From Camelus dromedarius (taxonomy: Eukaryota), in the NCBI RefSeq assembly GCF_036321535.1, contig NC_087462.1, positions 18,910,001 to 18,974,000 of the forward strand: 64,000 bases of DNA, given 5' to 3'. The position numbers were made by a program, and so were the translations under genes. Under the pieces are notes generated by a model, which was not told the origin of the DNA, did no database searches, and was given only the letters and a program-made list of their open reading frames with translations. Positions 49,760 through 60,585 of the stretch are shown here, piece after piece (within the stretch, counting starts at the first letter, position 1; every line of letters starts with the position of its first letter).

Positions 49760-49960
49760 AGCACTTATAAAGCGCCTGTGTTGGCTCATTTGACCTTTGT
49801 AAGAACTCTGCAGCGTAAGTATTTTAGCCCATTTTACAGAGGGGGAGGCTGAGACTTAGAGACCAAAAAGGTAATTTTGCCAAGATCACACTGCCGGCAA
49901 ATGGCTGGATTTGAACTCAAGGCTCTGTCTCCAAAGAGCCGGGCTCCTTATGACTGATCC
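49760..49960 (-). mobile_element. MIR SINE
   Basis: cccattttacagagggggaggctgagacttagag...ccaagatcacactg...ggatttgaactcaagg. Confidence 0.85.
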
Positions 49961-50994
49961 ATCATCCTCTTCCATCGTGCACGTCTGCACCACGGGTGTC
50001 GACAATGCAGTTGGCATGCAGTGCTCTCTCCTGGCCTTAAGAAAGAAGGCGGGGGGGATGTGTGTGGGGGTGAGCATCAGAATAGTGGGCTTCATCCAAG
50101 CTCATTCCAAACCTGCCTGGATAACAGGACTGCCAGTGGTGAAGACACCAAGCTAGTCGAGGTTCCTTCCAGCATTAAGGTGCAGGGACCCAAAAAGTTG
50201 TTTCTGAAGCTCCCAGGTTCTGAGAACATGATTTTGAAAGCAGAGAAAGGAAGCAGCATGCAAAGGGTTCGTTTATTTTCTTGTCCTCAAGAAAAAGCCA
50301 GTAATTCCAACAACTTGTTCAAGAAGCTTAGACTCCACCAGCCCCCACCCTTATACAGGCAGGCTCGTCTGTCCATTTGTTTAAAAAAAAAAAAAAAAAA
50401 GAACATTTCTCTGCAAATGCTGGTGTCCTGTGCCACACCCACCCTGCTCACCCACTGTCACTGTACTGGCCGTGAGACCACGGCTGCCACATGGAGACCT
50501 TGTCACCATGATCTCGGTGTCCCTTAAGAGACACAGAGGCGTGTTCCAGAGCACCTGGGAGTGGGATGGTATCCATGAACCAGGCAGGACTCCAACCTGA
50601 GATGCAGTCAAGGAAAAGAAAGTGGCATTGCCGAGAAAACACAATCCAAAGCATCATGGACCAGTGCGGCGAGCGCCGGACTGGTGAGCGCCCCTGGGCA
50701 AGTGCTTTCCTGTCTCTGGGCCTCGGCTCTGCAAACACTGGGCAACAGTCCTGAAGTTTCTCATCCTGTCTGAACACCCCTCCAGTTGGGGGCCTGCTTA
50801 GGAGAGGGGGATTCTGGTGGGCCAGAGCTGGAGCTGTGACCAAGGTCAAAATGTCTACAGGAAATGCAGGTGCAGGAAGCCAAAGGGGGCGTGTCCAGAC
50901 AATTCCCAGACCAAAGGGACTGGAAGCAGACATCAGAGTCAAGCACAGAGCTTCTGGGAAGCTGGCGGGCAAAGCAGGGGAGGGTGCGTGGTAG

Positions 50995-51190
50995 CCAACA
51001 CTGATTGAGCACTTGCTGTGTACCAGGCAGTGCTCAGTGTTTAATGTATATTCACTCCTTTCAGGCTATAGGAGAGTTGTATGGGGAAACTGAGGCACAG
51101 AGAATATAAGTAATGCGCTCAGGTTCACGCGGCAGCTGCCAGAGGTTTGAACCCAGCTGACCTGGCTCCAGCGTCTGCGTTCCTCACCTG
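50995..51190 (-). mobile_element. MIR SINE
   Basis: gattgagcacttgctgtgtaccaggc...ggggaaactgaggcacagaga...gtttgaacccag. Confidence 0.88.
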
Positions 51191-51559
51191 CTCATCCTGC
51201 CTCTGTTGGGGTCGGTCCAGGGCCCTCATCCCTGAGCAAGCATTTGTGCCCCCGGAGAGTTCACAAATGATGGGTGGCTGGCGCAGTCTGGTTTAAAGGG
51301 CAGGAGCAGGGCGGTTGCTTGCAGCTGTGGCAACCCTATGACTCAAACCAAGGCAGAAGGGACAGATGGAGGGCCAGACTCTGTTGTCCTCTCCTCCTGG
51401 TGAGGGAGGAGCTATGTGGCCTGATTGCGGGGTTGAGTCAGTCGTCTCACAAACCATCTAACTGAAACCTCTTCGCTGAGCCACATTTCCCATCACATGG
51501 AGGAGCCGCCAGTCCTGCCCCTTCATCTTTGTTTGCAAAGAGGCTTGTCCCCCCGCCCA

Positions 51560-52260
51560 TCGCACCCGCTCCACCACCTCCTGCTGGAATGGACGATCAT
51601 GGATTTTCAAAATGAGATAAATCTGGAAGATGAATGTATTCATGAGCCCATAAAGGGGTCATGAATCACTGGCCCGAATTACTGCCTTCAATCCTGACGG
51701 GATGAATTCCCTCCAGCAGATTCTCCTTGTCAGACAGACACGGGAGGCAGTGCCACGACGAATCCCGGGCCACCGGTAACATCATTATTCCACACCAGGC
51801 TGGTTTCGGTTTCCCAAGCCGCCTCCACTTAATTTGCGGCTCACTTCTGATGCTGAAGAGAGAAAAAAATATATAATAAAATAAAAAATATATATGTATA
51901 AAAAGGAGAAAGAAGAGAGAGAAAGACAAAATGGGGACGAAGCTTTCGTGCCAAATGGAAAGGAGACAAGATAAATGTACCGAATCAGATTTGAAAAACT
52001 GTTTGAAAACCCTGTCCAGGATTGTCAGAAACAGCCCTGGCGTCCATGGGAAATGTGTCGCTGCCAAAGGCCCACGGCACTGAACTCTGCAGCCCCCAGC
52101 CCCTGCCTCCCGGTGGCTTGTTTAGAACTACTTCAAATCAAAACAAATCACGCCCAAGTACAGTCTCTCTCTCCAGCCCCTCAATCACTCATAATCAGAC
52201 TGTGTATTTTAGCAACAAAATCTTCCCTGGCTGAAGAGCTCATTCATTTGCCTTCTGCAA
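51560..52260. promoter_or_regulatory. Candidate conserved non-coding element / developmental enhancer
   Basis: About 700 bp repeat-free, more than a dozen CpGs, CCCATAAA, GAATTA, CACTTAAT, TCAATCA and TAATCA motifs. Confidence 0.55.
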
Positions 52261-52589
52261 GCTCGATGCCCCTTGAATGGGAGATGAGGGGAAGCCACCT
52301 GCCTCTCTGGCAGCCAGGGAAGCCGGGAGAAGGAAGGAGTTGCCAAGCCTCCCCCTGCCCCACAGATTGCCAGTGGGAGCCCGGAGCAGCAGGGACCCGC
52401 GGGAGAGGAGGCAGCCAGACAGACAGGGGCTGGCAAGGGGCATCCGATTCCACACATCCCGCACCGGACACCTGGCCATGGTCTCTGGGTATCAATTCTG
52501 TTGCCACTGCTTTGTAGCCATGTGACCCCAGCCAAGTCCTGTGAGTATAAAAGTAAACCCACGGAAACAATGAGTGGAAGAAGCAGAGA

Positions 52590-52800
52590 AGCAGGACTCA
52601 GGTGGACCTGGCTTTGATTTCTTATTCTAGCGCTTGGGAAGCAAATCGCTTCACTTCCCCAGAGCATCATTTTTTAATCTGTAAAATGGGGACAGTAATA
52701 CCTCTCTGTAGGGTGGAGGCAACAGTACCTACTTGGCCTCTCTCACAGGATTTTATGAGAACCAAAGAAGCAACAGAGATGGATGGACACACTTGGGGTT
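52590..52800 (+). mobile_element. MIR SINE
   Basis: cgcttgggaagcaaatcgcttcacttccc...tctgtaaaatggggacagtaatacc. Confidence 0.75.
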
Positions 52801-53877
52801 TCATGAGTGGGAGGTAGAGGAGTTATTTCAGTGTTAGGAACCTCATACAAACACTTGTACCCTTGGAGTAGGTGAGCTTGGCGGATGAAAACTGCACACA
52901 CTCTGAGCCAGGGCACGGCTTCTGCCTTCTGCCCAAGCACCACCAAGGACACCCACAGATTAGAGGTCCGAGGTTGCTGAAGAGGAGATCACGGTCTTGC
53001 TCAGCAAGGGGAGGCTTGGCCGGTGCACAAGGGGGTCCCTTCCCACCTCTACAGAGCCCTCTGCAGAGAATGCGAGGCTGAGGCCCTGGACCATACATAC
53101 GGCTATTTCTAGATCCCATAGGCCTAGGTAGACCCACAGGCTGTCCTGGGGTCAAGATCCACTCACCCTCCCTTAGCTGGAACCAGAGGCTGGAGCAGGA
53201 GCCAGACAGAAACAACTCACTCACTCCTGCTCCCTCTAACAATGTTACCTCTAAAAATTTGCCATCAGACTGTGGGTGAAAGTGGAAGCAGCAATTTTAA
53301 ATGAGCTAGCACACAATACCAGGCAGACAGGAAGAGCTCAGTAAACGCCAGCTATTATGATTGCACTGGAGGGCGACGTCGTTGCAGCATACAATGCATC
53401 CATCTTTGACCTGCGGCCTCTCACCCAGACACAGCTAAGAAGTCCCTTTTCTCCCCCAGGAATCCTATGCATTGTAACAGTGGCACCTGCTTAGTGTCCC
53501 CACATCTCAGTTGAGATCAGGGCAACTCATGTCTTACCACAGCCCAACTGATCAGAATCACAGGCCCTTTATCTCAGGTAATGAGTCCCCCATCATTGGG
53601 AGCAATCAAGTAGAATATTTCTGGCCGCAGGTGGAGGAGGAGGCAATAGCCAAGAATGCAGAGGTGCCTTCCCACCCCCAAGATTTCATGATGCTCAGGA
53701 CAATGAGGTGGACGTGAGCATGTGACGGGCGTGGGAGGAGGGAGTGAGAAGTCAGAACACTGTGAATAGGGGAAGGAGAAGAAACTGGAGGACCCAAGAC
53801 TAAGCAGATGAATTTCACCTGAACATCTTCTCCTTCACTTCTTCCTTCCTCCAGCACTGACCTGAATGAGGTATTTA

Positions 53878-54218
53878 AATAAGGACAAACATGGAAACAA
53901 TCCAAGTGTCCATCAACAGATGAATGGATGAAGATGTTGCATATTCATTCAGTAGGATACTGCCCAGCCATAAAAAAAAGAATGAAATCCTGCCATTTGC
54001 AACAACATGGATGGACCTGGAGGGTCCTGAAGCCATAAAACTCCTTACATTTAGGTCCTTAATCCATTTTGAGTTTCTTTTTGTCTATGCTGTGAGGAAG
54101 TGTTCTAATTTCATCCTTCCACATGCAGCTGTCCAGTTTTCCAGGCTCCACTTATTGAAGAGACTGTCTTTTCTCCATTGCATATTCTTGCCTCCTTTGA
54201 CGTAGATTAATGGACCAT
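53878..54218. mobile_element. Rearranged, tail-less L1 ORF2 insert (sense + sense + antisense pieces)
   Basis: Translates as KKNEILPFATTWMDLEG (ORF2 C-terminus), then PEAIKLL, then antisense cttacatttaggtccttaatccattttgag... Confidence 0.85.
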
Positions 54219-54229
54219 CAGATTGCCCT

Positions 54230-54700
54230 GCTGCTCCTACCCCCATACTGTACTCAACCTGGCTCTGGCCTGCCTCTCCACCTTTACCTTAAGTTGATCA
54301 CCACCCGGAACTCTTGGCCAATCCCACATGGAAAGACCTGCGTTTCCCTGAGAACATCATGCTATATTTTGCTTCTAGACTTTAGCACAGGCTGTTCCCT
54401 CTGCCTGGAATTCCCTTCTTCCTTTTATTTTTTTCCCCCACCCAAATCCTGCTTGTCCTTTAAGATCCAGATTAAGCTTCCTCTACTCTTGGGAGCCGCT
54501 TTTGGCCTCCATGCACCCATGCTGACCCTTTCCCAGCCTCCCCAGCCCTGGACAGACACCTCAGACCACCCTTCTCACACTGCGCTGTGTCTGAGGACTT
54601 CCCTGTTGGCCTCCCTCGAAGCATGTCTCATTGATCACTGCCTCCCAAGAGCCTAGCTTAGTGTCCTGCATTCAGTAGGCATATACAATTTGCAGGGGTA
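54230..54700 (+). mobile_element. L2 fragment
   Basis: gcacaggctgttccctctgcctggaattcccttc...ctgcttgtcctttaagatccag...ttcagtaggc. Confidence 0.75.
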
Positions 54701-54925
54701 GGACAGCAAATGGTTGGAGTTTAAGCTGTCTGGAACCAAAAGGGCCTGATTCAAATCTCCATTCCACCATTTGTCAGCTGTGCGACCCTGGGCACGTCAG
54801 CCAGCTGCTCGGAGCCTCAGTTTCCCCTTCTATAAACTCTATTTAACAACAAATAGGATGTGCCTCCAATGTCACTGATTCAGCGAAAGAGCTCACAGAA
54901 CTTGACTAGCGCCATGACGGGCACG

Positions 54926-54943
54926 CAGCCAGCAGGTGGCCAG
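54926..54943 (+). promoter_or_regulatory. CTCF motif
   Basis: CCAGCAGGTGGCCAG fits CCASYAGRKGGC. Confidence 0.5.
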
Positions 54944-54989
54944 TCCGTGTTTGGAAATACTGTGCCGCAGAATTGGGCTGGAATGAGAT

Positions 54990-55160
54990 TTAATTTTCAA
55001 TACCAGCTCCACCACGTACCATCTCTGTGACCTTGGGCCAGTCAGCCAGCCTCCTGGATCTTGTTTCCTCATCTTGAAAATGGGCTTAATATTAGGGCTT
55101 CAATCAGGAGACCGATGTGAAGCAGGGTGCCTGGCCCACAGTGAGCACTCAGTCAACCTT
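54990..55160 (+). mobile_element. MIR SINE
   Basis: ctgtgaccttgggccagtcagcc...gtttcctcatcttgaaaatgggc. Confidence 0.85.
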
Positions 55161-57659
55161 CTCTAGTTATTGTCCAAATAAACAAATCAGTGCACGTTTA
55201 TTGAATTCGGCCTACCATGAACTCGGCAATGGCTGCACACCTTTACATTTGGTGACATGACATTTCAGCACAGAGGCCGACCTGGGCCAGCCCAGAGCAA
55301 GACCGTGGGGTCAGAGTCCCAGCTCAGCCTCTGTGAGAACGGAGAGAGGGGACAGAGCCTCTTGGACGAGAAAGGGCCTCTGTCCCCCGGGCCTTTTGAT
55401 TTTGTACATACACCTTTCCCAAGAAGTGATTGGCACTTCCAAACAGGAGGTGGGAGGAGATGTGTGCAGGGCATGGAGCCCAGACTCGGGACCAGACAGC
55501 CCTGGCATAAGCCTACGTTCTGCCGTGGACCCCCTGGGCAAGTCGCACCCCTTCTCGGGACCTCAGTCTCCTCAATCTATAAAGCAGGGATTATAACCAT
55601 AGCAGGTCATCACAGAGAGCACGCCTGCCATGGGTAAGCTCAACACCCCTTGTATGTATTTGATAAACACCTGCTCCTGCCCTCTCTCTCCAGAGCAGCC
55701 CTGTCCTGGTTTGTAGGCCAGGGCTGTGAGCTGGGCTGCGGTGCCCTTTAAATACACAAGCTCCAGGTTTGAAACTAATGGGGCACGTGGCGGGGACGGC
55801 TGGGAGTCACAGCGGTGTGGAGGAGAATATGGCTTCATGAAAATAACATTTGGAGGTAATTATGGGAGCAATGGATCGGAACCATAGTCAGCTGCCAGCC
55901 ATCCCTAGAGACAGAGCAAGAGATGGAGGCAGAAGGCAGATCCTTGCCTGGGAGCCAGACTAGAGCATCCCGTGAAACTTCAGCCTGGCTTCAGCTCTGC
56001 CCTCAAAATCCTAGACTATGGCTCCACCACCCTCTCTTAGGATGAGGCACACTAGCTGTTCAAGGCTTCTCTTAGTTTTTAATCCCAATAAGACACAAGT
56101 GGTATTTAAAAGCTATGCAAGATGGAGGAAGGAAAAGGAGTAAAATCTGAGGGCAGGTAGGGCCAGAAACAATGAACGCATTAGCAGTGGAGAAAACAGA
56201 AGAAAGACTGCATTCATTCCCCCTCGCCACTATTCTTGTAGACACCTGCTCTGCTCCCACCCTGTGTGGGGGCTGCAGACCAAATGTGGACCAGACCTGA
56301 CTCGTGTGCTCAGGTTGGGAGAACGAGGTTGAAATGTGTGCTTTGTGCTGTAATGGAGGCTTCGCAGCACAGGGAGGGACCACCATGCAGCTTTCTGACA
56401 TCTGGAAAGGTGTCCTTGAAGAGGTGCAGCCTGTCTGGCCTTGACCCTGGCAGAGGGCAGTGAAGCAGGCGGCGGGGGCCAGAAGTGGCCACTGAGATGG
56501 AATGGTGCCAGCAGGACCGAGCTGAAGTCACCATCTAATGACCTCGCTCTGGATTATCACCAGGTGGGTGAGGCAGGCAGCCCCCTCTGTGTATGATTCA
56601 GAGCCCCTCGAAGCCCAAGGGCCCCCAGCCTGCACCACCCTCAAGCCTTTCTCTGAGGCCTTTAATTCACAGGACTCTGAAAGGTGAAGGTCAGACCCCG
56701 CACAATGCATGGATTTCCTTTGCTTTTAAGGCCACTCCATCAGCAAATACTTACCGTGGGGCCCTGTGCCCTGGCCCCAGTCCAGCCCACACAGGTGGCC
56801 TTCCCTCCTTGCCTTGCACCTCTCCACCGCTCAGCACCTCCCCGCTCTGCTCCTGGGCCACAGGGACTTTCAGATTAGGCACACCTGGATTCAAACCCTG
56901 TAGCTGAGCCTGGTGCCCATGGGGATGGAAACAGCTTCATCACAGGCCGTTTGGGAGCGGGAGAGGGATGCCTGGCTCACGTCCTGGCTGTAGCAGAGGC
57001 CCAGTGAATGGTAGCTGAAAAAACCCTCAGAGATAGAAGGAAATTTGGAGGTTGAACATCCACCCGTCTGCCATGTGGGCTGTGACGTCTAGGGTGAGTG
57101 ACAAGACATTCCCAAAGGGCCACAATGACACAAGCAGAGCCTCTCACTCAAGCCTGACCTCCCAGTGCTGTGGTTTCTACTCCCCGGGGTGGCAACAGCC
57201 CTCCAGGATCACAGACAACAGCAGCCATTCATGTGCAGCTGCTCAGTGCTAACATCACAGTGGGACTGGACCACATCATCTCAGCTAATCCTCCCCAAGC
57301 CTGGCGAGTGGGTCTTACTGTTTACACTGACCAGACGAGCAGACCAGACTTGGCCAGGAGAAGGACGTCCCCAAGGGCACGTGGCTAAGTGCCAGTTCTG
57401 GGCTGCAAAGCATGTGGTCTCTGGGTTCTGCGCCAGGTCGCAGCTCATGAGCTCTCTCTCCTCTCCTGACCCCAGAGTGAGCCAGTTGGGATAGCATCTC
57501 GGAAAGAGGCTGTCTCAGGTGCCTCCAGCAGGGCCAGCTGCTTTCAGGGCCAGGGATGAGACTGCGGCCGGAGTGCCCAGCAGGGCAGAGGGGCTGAGGG
57601 AGTGGGGTTCTGCCCGCCCCTGACCTGCACAAGGGCACCTTCAGAGTGCATAACGTACA

Positions 57660-57760
57660 GATGAGGCCCTTTGATAAGGACCAAATCCCCTCCCGTTGCT
57701 TGGCAACCCAGCTTACAAGTCATAGCAGGGAAGTAATTTACAGGAATTCAAAGTGTCGCT
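57660..57760. promoter_or_regulatory. Candidate enhancer with RFX X-box and TCF/LEF sites
   Basis: GTTGCTTGGCAAC 57695-57707; CCTTTGAT 57668-57675; ATTCAAAG 57746-57753. Confidence 0.45.
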
Positions 57761-57879
57761 GGAGGTTGTGCTGAGCTGAACTGGTGCACAGAGGAGCCGC
57801 CATGGTCCAAATCACACCTTTGGTGGGAAGGAGGGGTGGGAGGAAAAGCTTCCACTTTCCTCACCTGAGAGTCTAGACT

Positions 57880-58560
57880 CACTGATCATTTTTTGTTCAT
57901 TCTTTTGTTAACTTATTTACCGATTCATTAATGAGCCCCTGCTATGTGGCAGGCCCTGTGCTGGGAGCCAGGCACACAATGACAGATGAGACAGATGCCA
58001 CAGAGAGAGACAAGTAAACAGAGGGTCATGGACACGTGACCAGAGAGGGTCTGCACGGGGGTCTGGGTAGGAGCCTCGAGGTCAAGTGACACAGCTGGGG
58101 CATGTGAGGGCAGGGGTCACGGAGGTGACCAGTTAGCCAAACAGAGGAGGCCGGGAAGTGTCCCAGCAAGGGGGCAGCATGAGGAAGGGGTGCAGGTGAG
58201 AGAGTCTGGCACATGCTCGAATCCCATGTGGGCTTCTGCTGGGGCTATGGGGTAGGTGGAGCCCAGGCCAGGCAGAGCCTTGAATGCCAGGCAGAAGCGT
58301 CTGGACTTCAGCACACAGACAATGGGTGTTATTGATAGGGGGTATAGGGCATGGAATTTCAGGGAAATCACTCTGGTCTTACTTGCCACTGGATGGTAGA
58401 CTCGGGGAGAAGCAGAATTTGGAAGGAAAGAGATTGGGGAATACGGAAGTCAATTGAGAAACTACTAAAGAAAACTGCTAAAGGCAAGAGATCATGAGTC
58501 CTGAACTAAGCTGGAGAGAAAGGGACAAAATTCAGAGGATGGCAGGAAGTAAAATCAACT
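57880..58560 (-). mobile_element. L2 fragment
   Basis: ttcattaatgagcccctgctatgtggcaggccctgtgctggg...cagagccttgaatgccaggcagaagcgtctggact. Confidence 0.8.
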
Positions 58561-58620
58561 GGGGCTGGAGACTCATCGGCCGTGAGGGTGGACAGTAGGG
58601 GGCCTCGCAGTTATCTGACT

Positions 58621-58640
58621 TGGCCAGCAGGTGGCAGCAC
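58621..58640 (+). promoter_or_regulatory. Strong CTCF motif
   Basis: TGGCCAGCAGGTGGCAGCAC is close to the CTCF core consensus. Confidence 0.65.
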
Positions 58641-58682
58641 TAATTGACGTGAGAAGGGCGGGATGAAGGGCGGGTCCGATTT

Positions 58683-59000
58683 TAGGGAAATTTGCTCAGG
58701 ATTCTCTTGGTTGCCAGTGACAGAAAGCCACCTGGAATGAGCTTGGGGAGCATACTGAGCCATGACATGTAGGGCAGGTGGGGCAGGGGCACAGTGGAGC
58801 CTGAGGAGTCCTCTCTAGTGCCGAAGCCCATGGCACTGCAGTCTATGTTGGACAAAGTAGGTTCAGTGGAGGCGATCTGGAGCAGCAGAGGAAAGAAACC
58901 ACAAATGCCACCTCGAGGCCCAAGCAGGATATTTAGGACCCTCAGCCCAGAGCCCATCTTGACCTTCACTGTGGCCCATGTCATCCTTGTAGGGAGAAGC
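58683..59000. mobile_element. Old MaLR MLT1 LTR fragment
   Basis: tcaggattctcttggttgccagtgacagaaagccacc. Confidence 0.6.
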
Positions 59001-59842
59001 CAAAGGGCAGTTGGGAATGGCAAGGCTTTGTGCAAATGTGGGCTGTTTGGTCTCCACGAAGCCTGGGGAGGCCGGGTGGAGGTCAGCGGGATGGTGGATG
59101 AAGGTGAGGAAGCCACAGGAAAATAAGCGCCTGTTCTCTGTTCATTCCTGGTATTTAACCGAGGTTGGCAACCCCACCTGTAGGGGCTGACTGCAGAGCC
59201 TTCCGTGCAGGGGAACTCATCTGGCCAGTGGTCTCATCTGGCCAGAATGACTGAGAATTACACTGAGACAGGTTCAGCCCCCAGGAGCGGTCTCTGCAAA
59301 CCACTTCTCTGCACAAGGAAGTCCATTTGCACTGGGCCACCTGCAGTGCCTCTTTCCTGAGCAGATCTGGTTCTCTGAGCCAGTGGGTCTCCGTCTCTCC
59401 CTCCTCCAGCTCAGGAAATGACCTGAGCAGGGTTATTGACCTAACCTGGGGCACAGCATGGAGCTGCGGTTAAAAGCCTACATTTGATTCTTGCCTCTGT
59501 GTCAGTGGACAGCGAGGGGTGGGCCCGCCACTCTGAGCCTCGGTTCCCCCAAGTTGTAAGTTGGGGTGAGCTCCTGCAGCAGCGAGAGCTCAGCCCAGGT
59601 GCTCCGCCAAGCCCTCTGCACCAGCGGCCTGCCCTCCCTCCTTTGTCCTGTCTGCACATCCCGGCCCCTGCATCCTTGTCACCGCGGCTGATCCAAGGTG
59701 TCTGGATCTACTCTGGAAGCATTTCTGGGCTTGCTTTTCCTAAGATCTTTCAGCCTCTGCTCCAATGTCCACATTTTCTTGGCATTTCCCGGTGACAATT
59801 TCTGTGAGAGACAGAGGGAGAGTCAGATACATCTCGCCCCTC

Positions 59843-60211
59843 TTTGTATTTTTCTTGTGATAAAATACACATGACATAAAACTGATGATTTTAACCATGT
59901 TAAAGTGTACAGTTCAGTGGCATTAAGAATGTTCACTATGTTGTGCACCCATCACCACTATCTTATTCCCAAACTTTCTTCAGCCCAAACGGAAACCCAG
60001 TATCCTCTCCCCACCTGCCCCCAGCCCCTGGCAACCACTAGTCTCCTTTCTGTCTCTGCAGAATTGCTTACTCTGGGTATCTCACATTAGTGGATTCACA
60101 CCCTCTGTGGTCTTTGTGTCTGACCTCTTTCACTTAGCATCATATTTTCAGGGGTCATTCATGCTGTAGCATGTGTCAGTGTTTCATTCCTTTTCATGGC
60201 TAAATAATATT

Positions 60212-60265
<54 letters not shown>

Positions 60266-60585
60266 CATTCATCATTTGATGAACATACAGAGTTTGTCCA
60301 CCTTTTGGCTATTATAAATGTGCCACTATGAACTTTCATGTATAGATTTTTCTTTTGAACACCTGTTTTCAGTTCTTTTGAGTTTATACCTAAGAGTGGA
60401 ATTGCTGAGTCCTAGAACAATTCTGTAGTTCAGTTATTGAGGAACTGCCAAACTGCTTTCCACAGGAGCTGCCCCATTTTACATCCCCACCAGCCATGTG
60501 CAAGGATTCCAGTATCGCCACACCCTTGCTAATACTTGTTACTCTATTTTTTTTTTAATTATGGCCATTCTAATGGGTGTGAAAC
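59843..60585 (-). mobile_element. L1MB/L1MA-like 3' fragment containing a (TG)n
   Basis: ttgtgataaaatacacatgacataaa...ttaaagtgtacagttcagtggcattaag...agtggaattgctgagtc. Confidence 0.92.
60214..60262. repeat. (TG)24 microsatellite
   Basis: Pure TG run inside the L1. Confidence 0.97.

Noticed and set aside
50529-50683. Open segment ending in a strong donor CTG|gtgagc
   Set aside because: Weak acceptor, no recognisable peptide and no compatible partner exon found
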